Source: Ancylothrix sp. D3o
GTDB lineage: Bacteria; Cyanobacteriota; Cyanobacteriia; Cyanobacteriales; Oscillatoriaceae
Length of the DNA: 32,000 nt
Reading direction: 5' to 3'
Assembly: GCF_025370775.1 (NCBI RefSeq)
Contig: NZ_JAMXEX010000002.1
Span: forward strand, 616,519 to 648,518
Part shown: piece after piece, positions 17,508 to 24,727 of the stretch
How positions within the stretch are numbered: position 1 is the first letter of the stretch
Layout: every line of letters starts with the position of its first letter
The notes under the pieces: generated by a model
What the model was told of the DNA's origin: nothing
What the model saw: only the letters and a program-made list of their open reading frames with translations
The model's database searches: none
Program-made: the position numbers and the translations under genes

Positions 17508-18281
17508 ATGGTGCAAGAAACAGAATCAAATTTAATAAGTAGCCAGTGTGTAGATATCTTTTTGGCTTGCCATAAGGCGATTATGGAAGGCTCGTTAATT
17601 CAACGCATTAGCCGGCAAGATAAAGAGTTTCATTTTCAAAACTGGTTTGAGGCGCGGCTGAAAGAATCTCACATCGCTTACGATCAAAAAGGCCGCAATA
17701 CTTATCCTGATTTTACTTTAGTTCAAACCCCAGAAGGATTTGAGGTTAAGGGATTGGGATGGCCAGGTAGAGAAACAGATTATGATTGTAATAGTCAGGT
17801 TCCTAGCGGACATCACAATGGTAGAACGATTTATTATGTGTTTGGACGTTATCCCTCAGCGCCAAATGAGGATGAATATCCAGTGATAGATTTAGTCATT
17901 GCTCATGGTGATTTTTTAAATTCAGACCGGGAGTATATCCACAAAAATAAAAGTTTTAAAGGGCTAGGAAGTTATGGAGATATTAAAGTTCGTGACCGCA
18001 AAATGTATATTGCTCCTACGCCTTATGGTTTAATTAGTGGGGTTGATCGACAAATCACTTTGATTTTGCCAGCAAATTACCCAAGCGATCCACGACTTGA
18101 AGCAGTTGGTAATCTCTCGCGCATAGAAGCAAGCCAGTTAGTGATTGGTTATTCTTTTAATATGATTACTAACGACATTACCCCAACTTTTGAAGAGAAT
18201 CCCTCAGCGGGAAAAGTTCATCTTTTTATAGCCTACCGCCTAAAAAATGCCGGTGGGCCGCAAGTTAAGCTGAAAAATTGA
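17508..18281 (+). CDS. uncharacterised PD-(D/E)xK nuclease-fold protein; putative restriction endonuclease partner of the adjacent methyltransferase
   Basis: 257 aa. A helix-borne E40 is followed by P67-D68 and then E79-V-K81 (YPDFTLVQTPEGFEVKG, nt 17706-17750), the classical motif. It lies 27 bp after Uma2 and 22 bp before the MTase. I do not recognise the family. Confidence 0.65.
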   Translation: MVQETESNLISSQCVDIFLACHKAIMEGSLIQRISRQDKEFHFQNWFEARLKESHIAYDQKGRNTYPDFTLVQTPEGFEVKGLGWPGRETDYDCNSQVPSGHHNGRTIYYVFGRYPSAPNEDEYPVIDLVIAHGDFLNSDREYIHKNKSFKGLGSYGDIKVRDRKMYIAPTPYGLISGVDRQITLILPANYPSDPRLEAVGNLSRIEASQLVIGYSFNMITNDITPTFEENPSAGKVHLFIAYRLKNAGGPQVKLKN

Positions 18282-18303
18282 GTTTCACTAGAGTAATCCA
18301 AGA

Positions 18304-19446
18304 ATGAGCGATAAAAAATATACCATACTTAGTTTATTTTCAGGGGCCGGTGGCCTTGACTTAGGATTTGAAAACGAGGGATTTAAGCTCTTAGAAGCCA
18401 TTGATATAAATCCTTGGTGCGTCAAAACGATCAACAAAAACCGGCCAGATTGGAACGTAATTTTAGGAGATGTTTGCACCTATCACCCCAAGCTGATAAA
18501 ATCCCCAGATGTTTTGATCGCAGGAGTTCCCTGTCAAGGTTTTTCCTTGGGTGGAAATCGCCACTCACAGGATAAAAGAAATTTGCTTTATAAAGAAGTT
18601 ATTAGAATAGCTGAAATCTGCCGGCCAAGAGTTATCCTAATCGAAAACGTCCTCAATTTGCGGACAATGTTAGTACCCCACACCAAAATTCCTTATACAG
18701 AACAAATTGCCTCTGAGCTAACCAAAATTGGTTATCAAGTATTTTATGGTATTTTTAAAGTCTGTTACTATGGCGTTCCGCAAACGCGGAGACGTTTTGT
18801 TTTTATTGCCTTCAAAAAAGCTGCTCCTTCCAACTACCTTTTACCCCCAGAGACAGCCATCACAACCATTCGAGATTTTCTATATGACTTAGCGCAAAAT
18901 CCTACCATAAATCTGCCAAATCATAATCCAACTTGGGGGTTTAAAAGCGCGGTTCATATAGAAACACAAGAAATCTTTAACTCTTACGAAGAAGTCTTGC
19001 CGGTGCGCCTTTCAAGAACTGCATCAGACGGTCACCCAGTGCGCTCCTTTGATGCACCTTTTCCAGCTATCGACACAGCAACCGTCTGGGGATGGGCGCA
19101 AGGAAATATTATCGCCAAGCGTTATCCTAAAGATAGAACTCAAGAAAAATTTGTTAGAAATCCTCAAGCAAGCGTCACCCTTTGGCGCATTTCAGCCTCA
19201 CGAATAAGAGCGTTTACCCATCGAGAATATGCACGTTTACAAACCTTTCCTGATGAGTGGATATTTTTGGGAGGAAATAAACGAGATATCCACCTACAAA
19301 TAGGTAATGCAGTGCCGGTGCGTTTTGCTCAACATTTAGCAAAAAATATTAAAAAAGCGCTGAAGTGTTTAGATCAAGATTTACCTTTCTCTCCTCCACC
19401 CTCTCAGACACCGATTTCGGAATCTGTGCAACTATCTTTGTTTTGA
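18304..19446 (+). CDS. dcm: DNA (cytosine-5)-methyltransferase
   Basis: 380 aa. It carries motif I LFSGAGGLDLGF, motif IV GVPCQGFS, motif VI ENV, motif VIII QTRRR and motif X GNAVPV. A roughly 130-aa variable target-recognition region lies between motifs VIII and IX. Confidence 0.93.
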   Translation: MSDKKYTILSLFSGAGGLDLGFENEGFKLLEAIDINPWCVKTINKNRPDWNVILGDVCTYHPKLIKSPDVLIAGVPCQGFSLGGNRHSQDKRNLLYKEVIRIAEICRPRVILIENVLNLRTMLVPHTKIPYTEQIASELTKIGYQVFYGIFKVCYYGVPQTRRRFVFIAFKKAAPSNYLLPPETAITTIRDFLYDLAQNPTINLPNHNPTWGFKSAVHIETQEIFNSYEEVLPVRLSRTASDGHPVRSFDAPFPAIDTATVWGWAQGNIIAKRYPKDRTQEKFVRNPQASVTLWRISASRIRAFTHREYARLQTFPDEWIFLGGNKRDIHLQIGNAVPVRFAQHLAKNIKKALKCLDQDLPFSPPPSQTPISESVQLSLF

Positions 19447-19589
19447 AAAAGTTAAATTGACCGCCACATAATCGGATACATGACTTGACAAAATTTATTT
19501 ATAACCCTTTATCCAAATAAAATATACAGCCTTCTCTCTTAAAACCGTCTATTTATTGAATAAATCATCAATAAACCTTAAAACGACGA

Positions 19590-19620
19590 GGTGCAAAACT
19601 CGCCTGTATTGAATTGCACC
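19590..19620 (-). terminator. hairpin GGTGCAA...TTGCACC downstream of the small Cys-rich gene
   Basis: A 7-bp stem pairs 19590-19596 with 19614-19620, leaving a 17-nt loop. On the minus strand it is followed by tcgtcgtttt, a modest U-run. Confidence 0.35.
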
Positions 19621-19631
19621 CCATCAAAAAC

Positions 19632-19835
19632 TTACTCGTCAAAATCAGGAATAATCCATTGTGGAGGTGCGGTAAGTTTTTTAATTCGCGCCGCCTCAGC
19701 CATTTCCAGAATCTTATCCAAAGACGTATCATTAATAAACTGCGAAGCTGACTGTGCATACTCTTTATTAGGGCACTTTTCCCCCAAAACACAGCCATTC
19801 ACGCACTCCACCGCGCAATTAACCGTTCTCTCCAT
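19632..19835 (-). CDS. small cysteine-rich protein (CX3CX3CX5C), conserved-hypothetical type
   Basis: The ORF is trimmed to the ATG at 19835 (MERTVNCAVECVNGCVLGEKCPN...), which is preceded by GAGGAGA. It encodes 67 aa. The upstream extension to 19886 looks non-native. Confidence 0.6.
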   Translation of the reverse strand: MERTVNCAVECVNGCVLGEKCPNKEYAQSASQFINDTSLDKILEMAEAARIKKLTAPPQWIIPDFDE

Positions 19836-19947
19836 AATTCTCTCCTCCAATTCAAACAGCAGCCAGCCGGCAAGCCAAAAAAGCAATAACCAACCTTAAT
19901 TTTCCTGCCATTATAACAAACCTGCCCTTATCAGAAAGCCGGTTTCC

Positions 19948-19964
19948 TAAAAAAGCCGGCTTCC
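19948..19964 (-). terminator. candidate minimal terminator after ychF: GGAAGCCGGCTT + T6 on the minus strand
   Basis: The AAGCCGGCTT palindrome at 19953-19962 lies 15 nt downstream of the ychF stop and is followed on the minus strand by tttttt. A second GAAA-gccgg-TTTC mini-hairpin lies at 19934-19946. Confidence 0.35.
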
Positions 19965-19978
19965 TCAACACTAAAACT

Positions 19979-21076
19979 CTACGCACTTGTGCGGAATAAA
20001 ATCACATCTCCCTCCTGCACAACATACTCTTTACCCTCACTGCGAACTAACCCTTTTTCCTTCGCCGCATTCATAGAACCGGCACCCACAAGATCCCCAT
20101 AAGCAACCGTTTCCGCCCGAATAAAACACCGCTCAAAATCCGAGTGAATTACCCCAGCAGCTTGAGGTGCAGACATTCCCGCCGTAATAGTCCAAGCGCG
20201 CGACTCTTGCGGGCCCGTAGTTAAAAAAGTCCGTAATCCCAACAACTCATAAGTAGCGCGAATTAACGATTTTAAACCGCCTTCTTCCACCCCCAAAGAT
20301 TGCAGAAAATCAACTCTTTCTTCTTCCGACAAATCCACCAACTCAGACTCAACTTGTGCCGAAACAACCACAACTTTTGCATTTTCTGTAGCAGCAAGTT
20401 CTCGGACTTTTTCCACATATTCATTCCCCGTCGCCAAATCTTCCTCCGACACATTTGTCGCATAAATAATCGGCTTGCCGGTTAACAAATTCAAATTCAA
20501 AACCCTTACACTCTCCGCCTCTTCCTCATTTAAACTCACCTGACGTGCCGGCTTACCCTCATTTAAAGCCACCACTAACTTTTCCAAAGCACTCAACTCA
20601 ATTTGCCCCTCTTTACTTGTTCTTGCCTGCTTGCGAGTCCGCTCAATTCGACGCTCAACCTGAGCCAAATCAGAAAGCGCCAACTCCAAATTAATGATCT
20701 CAATATCCCGCAGCGGATCAACCGAACCGGCAACGTGAATAATATCGTCATTTTCAAAACAGCGCACCATATTTACAATCGCATCAACTTCTCGAATATG
20801 CGACAAAAACTGATTTCCCAACCCTTCCCCCTGAGAAGCGCCTTTCACCAAACCGGCAATATCAACAAACTCAATTCGCGTCGGCACAATTTGCTTTGAA
20901 GACGACAACTTCGCCAACACATTCAACCGCTCATCGGGAACCGCCACGACACCAACATTCGGTTCAATCGTACAAAACGGAAAATTAGCAGCTTGCGCCT
21001 TAGCATTAGCCACCAAAGCATTAAATAACGTAGATTTGCCCACATTAGGCAGTCCGACAATCCCGGCTCTCAGCAT
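19979..21076 (-). CDS. ychF: redox-regulated ATPase YchF (Obg-family GTPase/ATPase)
   Basis: Trimmed to the ATG at 21076 (MLRAGIVGLPNVGKSTLFNAL, a P-loop at the extreme N-terminus as in YchF). It has DIAGLV and a C-terminal TGS-like YVVQEGDVILFR. It encodes 365 aa. Confidence 0.92.
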   Translation of the reverse strand: MLRAGIVGLPNVGKSTLFNALVANAKAQAANFPFCTIEPNVGVVAVPDERLNVLAKLSSSKQIVPTRIEFVDIAGLVKGASQGEGLGNQFLSHIREVDAIVNMVRCFENDDIIHVAGSVDPLRDIEIINLELALSDLAQVERRIERTRKQARTSKEGQIELSALEKLVVALNEGKPARQVSLNEEEAESVRVLNLNLLTGKPIIYATNVSEEDLATGNEYVEKVRELAATENAKVVVVSAQVESELVDLSEEERVDFLQSLGVEEGGLKSLIRATYELLGLRTFLTTGPQESRAWTITAGMSAPQAAGVIHSDFERCFIRAETVAYGDLVGAGSMNAAKEKGLVRSEGKEYVVQEGDVILFRTSA

Positions 21077-21320
21077 AACAATGTAAACCCTTTTTAACCT
21101 TTTGCAGCATAGCAAAAAAGAGCCAAAGTTCATTTCCCCTGCTTCATCACCACCCACCAACCCCCAGCCCCCATTCCCCAATTACGCCTTAATCTATTCC
21201 TTTAGATAGATGACAAAGCAAGCAAACTCAACTAACCTCATACCAGATTTCACAAAAGTGCATCCCTTCACCGCATCTACCCAACTTCCAATACTCTTGA
21301 ATAAAACGGAAAATACATAA

Positions 21321-21698
21321 ATGTTTCAACAATCTCTGCGTAACATCCTCCTTGGTGCTACCCTCGCAGCCCCAATGCTGGCTTTAAACGCCCCCCACGC
21401 CCAAGCCCAAGATATCCGAGACTTCAGCGTTAACAACGCCACAGGCCGCGTCTTAACCGAACTCTACGTTAGCCCCGCCGACAGAGACACCTGGGGGCCC
21501 GATATTCTTGGCGTAGACGTTTTGCCTCCTCGTGAAAGCGTAGAAGTCCGCTTTAGCCCTCGCACCAGCGCCGAAGGCTGCATATATGACATTCGCGCTC
21601 AATGGGATGACGGCAAAATCAGCGACCTCTACGACTATAACCTCTGTACTCTCAACGCTGTAAACTTCACAGCTACCCCCATTCAAGCCCTGTGGTAA
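21321..21698 (+). CDS. small secreted protein of unknown function (signal peptide, two Cys)
   Basis: 125 aa. It has the N-terminal signal MFQQSLRNILLGATLAAPMLALNAPHAQA/QD. A strong terminator follows. Confidence 0.72.
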   Translation: MFQQSLRNILLGATLAAPMLALNAPHAQAQDIRDFSVNNATGRVLTELYVSPADRDTWGPDILGVDVLPPRESVEVRFSPRTSAEGCIYDIRAQWDDGKISDLYDYNLCTLNAVNFTATPIQALW

Positions 21699-21741
21699 TT
21701 CCAAATTTCCAGCCAAATTGACTAAAACCTAAACCCCTTCA

Positions 21742-21773
21742 AACCCCAGTTTTTGCCAGAACTGGGGTTTTAT
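21742..21773 (+). terminator. rho-independent terminator (AACCCCAGTT-8 nt loop-AACTGGGGTT + TTAT)
   Basis: A perfect 10-bp stem pairs 21742-21751 with 21760-21769 and runs into a T-tract. It lies 44 nt after the stop of 21321..21698. Confidence 0.78.
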
Positions 21774-21867
21774 CATCTAACAACATTCCCAAATCCTTAT
21801 TCAATCTTCCTAGCGTAGCTCTTAAAATTCCCCTCATCCAAACCGGCAACTTTTCACGCACAACAAA

Positions 21868-22092
21868 CTAAACCGGCCCCGGTACGGTCTGCGGAATAGG
21901 CGCCGGCACAGTTTGCGGAATAGGCGACGGCACAGTTTCCGGCACCGGCCCCGGAATAGGCTCTGGCACCGGCCCCGGAATAGGCTGTGGTATCGGTCCT
22001 GGCACAGTTTCCGGCACCGGCCCCGGCATAGACTCTGGCAAAGGCCCAATCGCTTCTACAACCCCATTCAAACACCCAGAAAACATAAACAC
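21868..22092 (-). CDS. possible small proline-rich repeat protein (PGPVPETV/PGPIPQPI octads); coding status uncertain
   Basis: 74 codons from GTG 22092, or from ATG 22086 with GGGGAA upstream. The region is stop-free in three minus frames and one plus frame because of about seven imperfect 24-bp repeats at 21871-22038. Confidence 0.3.
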   Translation of the reverse strand: MFMFSGCLNGVVEAIGPLPESMPGPVPETVPGPIPQPIPGPVPEPIPGPVPETVPSPIPQTVPAPIPQTVPGPV

Positions 22093-22108
22093 TTCCCCAA
22101 AATTACCT

Positions 22109-22131
22109 ACCCCCTCACCCTAAAACCCACC
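22109..22131 (-). other. G-quadruplex-type motif on the minus strand (G5-N3-G3-N5-G3-N1-G3); C-tracts on the plus strand
   Basis: The plus strand reads ccccctcaccctaaaacccaccc. It sits inside a roughly 190-nt, almost G-free plus-strand leader (22081-22270). Confidence 0.4.
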
Positions 22132-22270
22132 CTCACAAAACACATCCCCCAAAAGACCTAAAATCACCTTATTTTTCCCTCCACAAACCTTAGCCAAAAA
22201 CTAAAAAACCATCTCCTCCAAAAATAGTATCCTATTCTCAGACATTGCCCCTTTAACCTACCTAAAAAAA

Positions 22271-23731
22271 ATGTCATCTCCCCACAACCCTCAAACACAA
22301 ACACCCTTATTAGAAGCCCTCAAAAAAGCCGCCAGCCAACCCGACACCCCCTTTTACGCACCCGGACACAAACGCGGACAAGCAACCCCGCAACCCCTAG
22401 CAGAACTCTTAGGAAAAAAACTCTTTAGCGCCGACTTACCCGAACTCCCCGAACTCGATAACTTATTTGCCCCCCAAACCGTAATTCAAGAAGCCCAAAA
22501 ACTCGCCGCCGAAGCCTTTGGAGCCAGCCAAACTTGGTTTTTAGCCAACGGTTCCACCGCCGGAATTATTGCCAGTATATTAGCAGTTTGCAACCCCAAC
22601 GAAAAAATAATATTACCCCGAAATATTCACCGTTCTGTTATCTCAGGATTAATCTTATCCGGGGCCATTCCTATCTTCATCAACCCCGAATATGACCCCA
22701 CCTGGGATCTTGCCAACAGCATCACTCCCCAAGCCCTCCAACAAGCTTTAAACCAACATCCCGACACCAAAGCCGTGATGGTCGTTTATCCAACTTATCA
22801 CGGAGTTTGCGGCGATATAAAAACCCTTGTAGAAATCACCCACCAACACGGCATCCCCATCCTCGTCGATGAAGCACATGGAGCCCATTTTAGCTTTCAT
22901 CCAGACTTGCCAATATCTGCAATGAGTGCCGGTGCCGATTTAACCGTACAATCGACCCATAAAGTTTTATCAGCCCTTACGCAAGCCTCAATGTTGCATA
23001 TTCAAGGCAACCGCATCAACACCCATCGCCTCAACAACGCCTTACAACTTGTCCAGTCCACCAGTCCCAACTACATCCTCCTCGCCTCCCTCGATGCCGC
23101 ACGTCAGCAGATGGCATTACACGGCCAAAAATTACTTAGCCAAACCCTAGAACTCGCCAAAACCGCCCGCAGCAAACTAGCTGAAATTCCCCACCTGAGA
23201 GTATTACAAGAACCGGCACACCCCAAACCCGGTTTTCACAGCCTTGATCCCACCCGTCTCAGCATCAATGTTGCCGAATTAGGGTTAACCGGCTTTCTTG
23301 CGGACGAAATCTTGCGAGAACAATACAAAGTAACCGCCGAATTGCCCACCCTCCGGCAACTTACCTTTATTCTTTCCATTGGCAACACCTCGGCTGATAT
23401 CAACCAACTGATCCACGCCTTCCAAAACATTCCCCCCAGTGGCGCAGTCGGCACGCCTGCAATTTACCCTAGCCTCCCCGCAGGAGTGCCCGCCCTCTCC
23501 CCCCGCCAAGCCTTTTTTGCCGAAACCGAAACCGTGCCGATGTCTGAAGCAATCAACCGCATCAGTGCTGAATTAATTTGCCCCTATCCGCCTGGGGTGC
23601 CGGTGTTGGTGCCCGGAGAACCCATTACCAAACAAGCCCTCGACTACTTACAGCAAGTCCTAGCGAATGGTGGCACAATAACAGGATGTTCTCACCCCGA
23701 CCTAGAAAAAATTCTGGTTATCAAAGCATAA
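22271..23731 (+). CDS. PLP-dependent Orn/Lys/Arg decarboxylase family enzyme (SpeA/Cad-like, fold type I)
   Basis: 486 aa. It has FYAPGHKRG near the N-terminus, VDEAHGAHF, and the PLP-lysine motif QSTHKVLSALTQ. Substrate specificity cannot be read from the sequence. Confidence 0.88.
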   Translation: MSSPHNPQTQTPLLEALKKAASQPDTPFYAPGHKRGQATPQPLAELLGKKLFSADLPELPELDNLFAPQTVIQEAQKLAAEAFGASQTWFLANGSTAGIIASILAVCNPNEKIILPRNIHRSVISGLILSGAIPIFINPEYDPTWDLANSITPQALQQALNQHPDTKAVMVVYPTYHGVCGDIKTLVEITHQHGIPILVDEAHGAHFSFHPDLPISAMSAGADLTVQSTHKVLSALTQASMLHIQGNRINTHRLNNALQLVQSTSPNYILLASLDAARQQMALHGQKLLSQTLELAKTARSKLAEIPHLRVLQEPAHPKPGFHSLDPTRLSINVAELGLTGFLADEILREQYKVTAELPTLRQLTFILSIGNTSADINQLIHAFQNIPPSGAVGTPAIYPSLPAGVPALSPRQAFFAETETVPMSEAINRISAELICPYPPGVPVLVPGEPITKQALDYLQQVLANGGTITGCSHPDLEKILVIKA

Positions 23732-23754
23732 AAAACGTTTTTTGTCAATCAGAC

Positions 23755-23777
23755 TCTAAAATCTAAAATCTAAAATC
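23755..23777. repeat. heptamer tandem repeat (TCTAAAA)x3, 5 nt upstream of the cbiT ATG
   Basis: The sequence is tctaaaatctaaaatctaaaatc. The same 18-mer aatctaaaatctaaaatc recurs at 31963-31980. Confidence 0.9.
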
Positions 23778-23782
23778 AATAT

Positions 23783-24376
23783 ATGCTGTGGCCTTATATT
23801 ACTCCTGGCATTCCCGATGATTTATTTGAAAGATTGCCTGGAATTCCCCTAAGTAAAAGGGAAGTGCGTCTACTCATCCTCTCTCACCTCCGTCTCAAAC
23901 CCGACAGCGTGGTGTGGGATATTGGCGCCGGCACCGGCACCATCCCAGTAGAGGCCGGTTTATTGTGTCCAAAAGGGCGCATTATAGCCGTCGAGCGAGA
24001 TGAAGAAGTCGCCAGTTTGATTCAGCGCAACTGTGACCGCTTTGGCGTTAAAAACGTAGAAATCATCACCGGCAGTGCCCCAGAATGCCTCAAAGACTTA
24101 CCAGCAACACCCCAGCGAGTTTGTATAGAAGGCGGACGCCCAATGAAAGCCATTTTGCAAGAAGTCTGGCGATATTTGCACCCTAATGGTCGAATAGTCG
24201 CCACCGCAGGAAACCTCGAAAGCCTCTATACCATTTCCGCTAATTTTTCCGAGTTGCAACTGCGAAACATCGAGGTTGTCCAGTGTGGAGTTAACCGCGT
24301 TGAAACTCGCGGTAGCCATCAAGTCTTTGCTGCGGTTGATCCCATTTTTATTTTGAGTGGTGAAAAACTAGATTGA
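23783..24376 (+). CDS. cbiT: precorrin-6Y C5,15-methyltransferase (decarboxylating) subunit CbiT
   Basis: 197 aa. It has GIPDDLFERLPGIPLSKREVR and then the SAM motif VWDIGAGTGTIPVE. Size and pattern are typical of CbiT. Confidence 0.85.
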   Translation: MLWPYITPGIPDDLFERLPGIPLSKREVRLLILSHLRLKPDSVVWDIGAGTGTIPVEAGLLCPKGRIIAVERDEEVASLIQRNCDRFGVKNVEIITGSAPECLKDLPATPQRVCIEGGRPMKAILQEVWRYLHPNGRIVATAGNLESLYTISANFSELQLRNIEVVQCGVNRVETRGSHQVFAAVDPIFILSGEKLD

Positions 24377-24727
24377 ATTTCAGGCTTGGGCCAATGGCCT
24401 TGTATTTCCACCATACCGACGAGAGGCCGGTTAATGGCAAAAAAATCCTCACTAAAAAAACTCCTCACCGGCACTCAATCATCCCCAAAATATGGGAAAT
24501 TGGATGAGTTAAGCTTCCGTTAACCCTTGCTTGGTTTCCACGAAAAGCCTCAGCATCCCTATTGATGGCGCGCTTCGCCACCCGTGCCCACCGGCCCGGT
24601 GCCCTCGCCAACCATCGAAAATCTCAAATAACCCCCTAAAAAAGTTAAATAAATTACGGTTTTTCAAGGTTAAATTTTTAAGTTTAAATAGTTAATTACA
24701 TCGCAAACAAAAACATAAAAACGTCCT

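Noticed and set aside
16763-19631. Mobile-element boundaries (att-like direct repeats, inverted repeats, integrase) around the nuclease/MTase cassette
   Set aside because: I found only trivial shared words (ttgacaa, ttaaaac) in the flanks and no recombinase gene. I therefore do not call a mobile element.
19568-19899. ORFs 19568..19798(-) and 19591..19899(+) overlapping the small Cys-rich gene
   Set aside because: Their products are low-complexity or basic and lack an RBS. The 19632..19835 minus-strand frame has an SD and a structured Cys motif.
21077-21181. 35-codon N-terminal extension of the ychF ORF (MGNGGWGLVGGDEAGEM...)
   Set aside because: YchF family proteins begin immediately before the P-loop strand. 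An ATG at 21076 gives MLRAGIVGLPNVGKST, so the extension is probably untranslated leader.
24440-24475. ACTCCTCAC motif resembling the conserved core of the cyanobacterial sRNA Yfr1
   Set aside because: Only 9 nt match. The core is interrupted (ACTCCTCACCGGCAC). I could not find the flanking stem-loop and terminator architecture expected for Yfr1.
24377-24727. 350-bp gap upstream of cdsA with a GC-rich patch (24560-24615) and a 37-codon ORF (from ATG 24394)
   Set aside because: It has no recognisable protein or RNA motif, and no riboswitch-like conserved core I could identify. It is most simply promoter or leader DNA or a decayed remnant.
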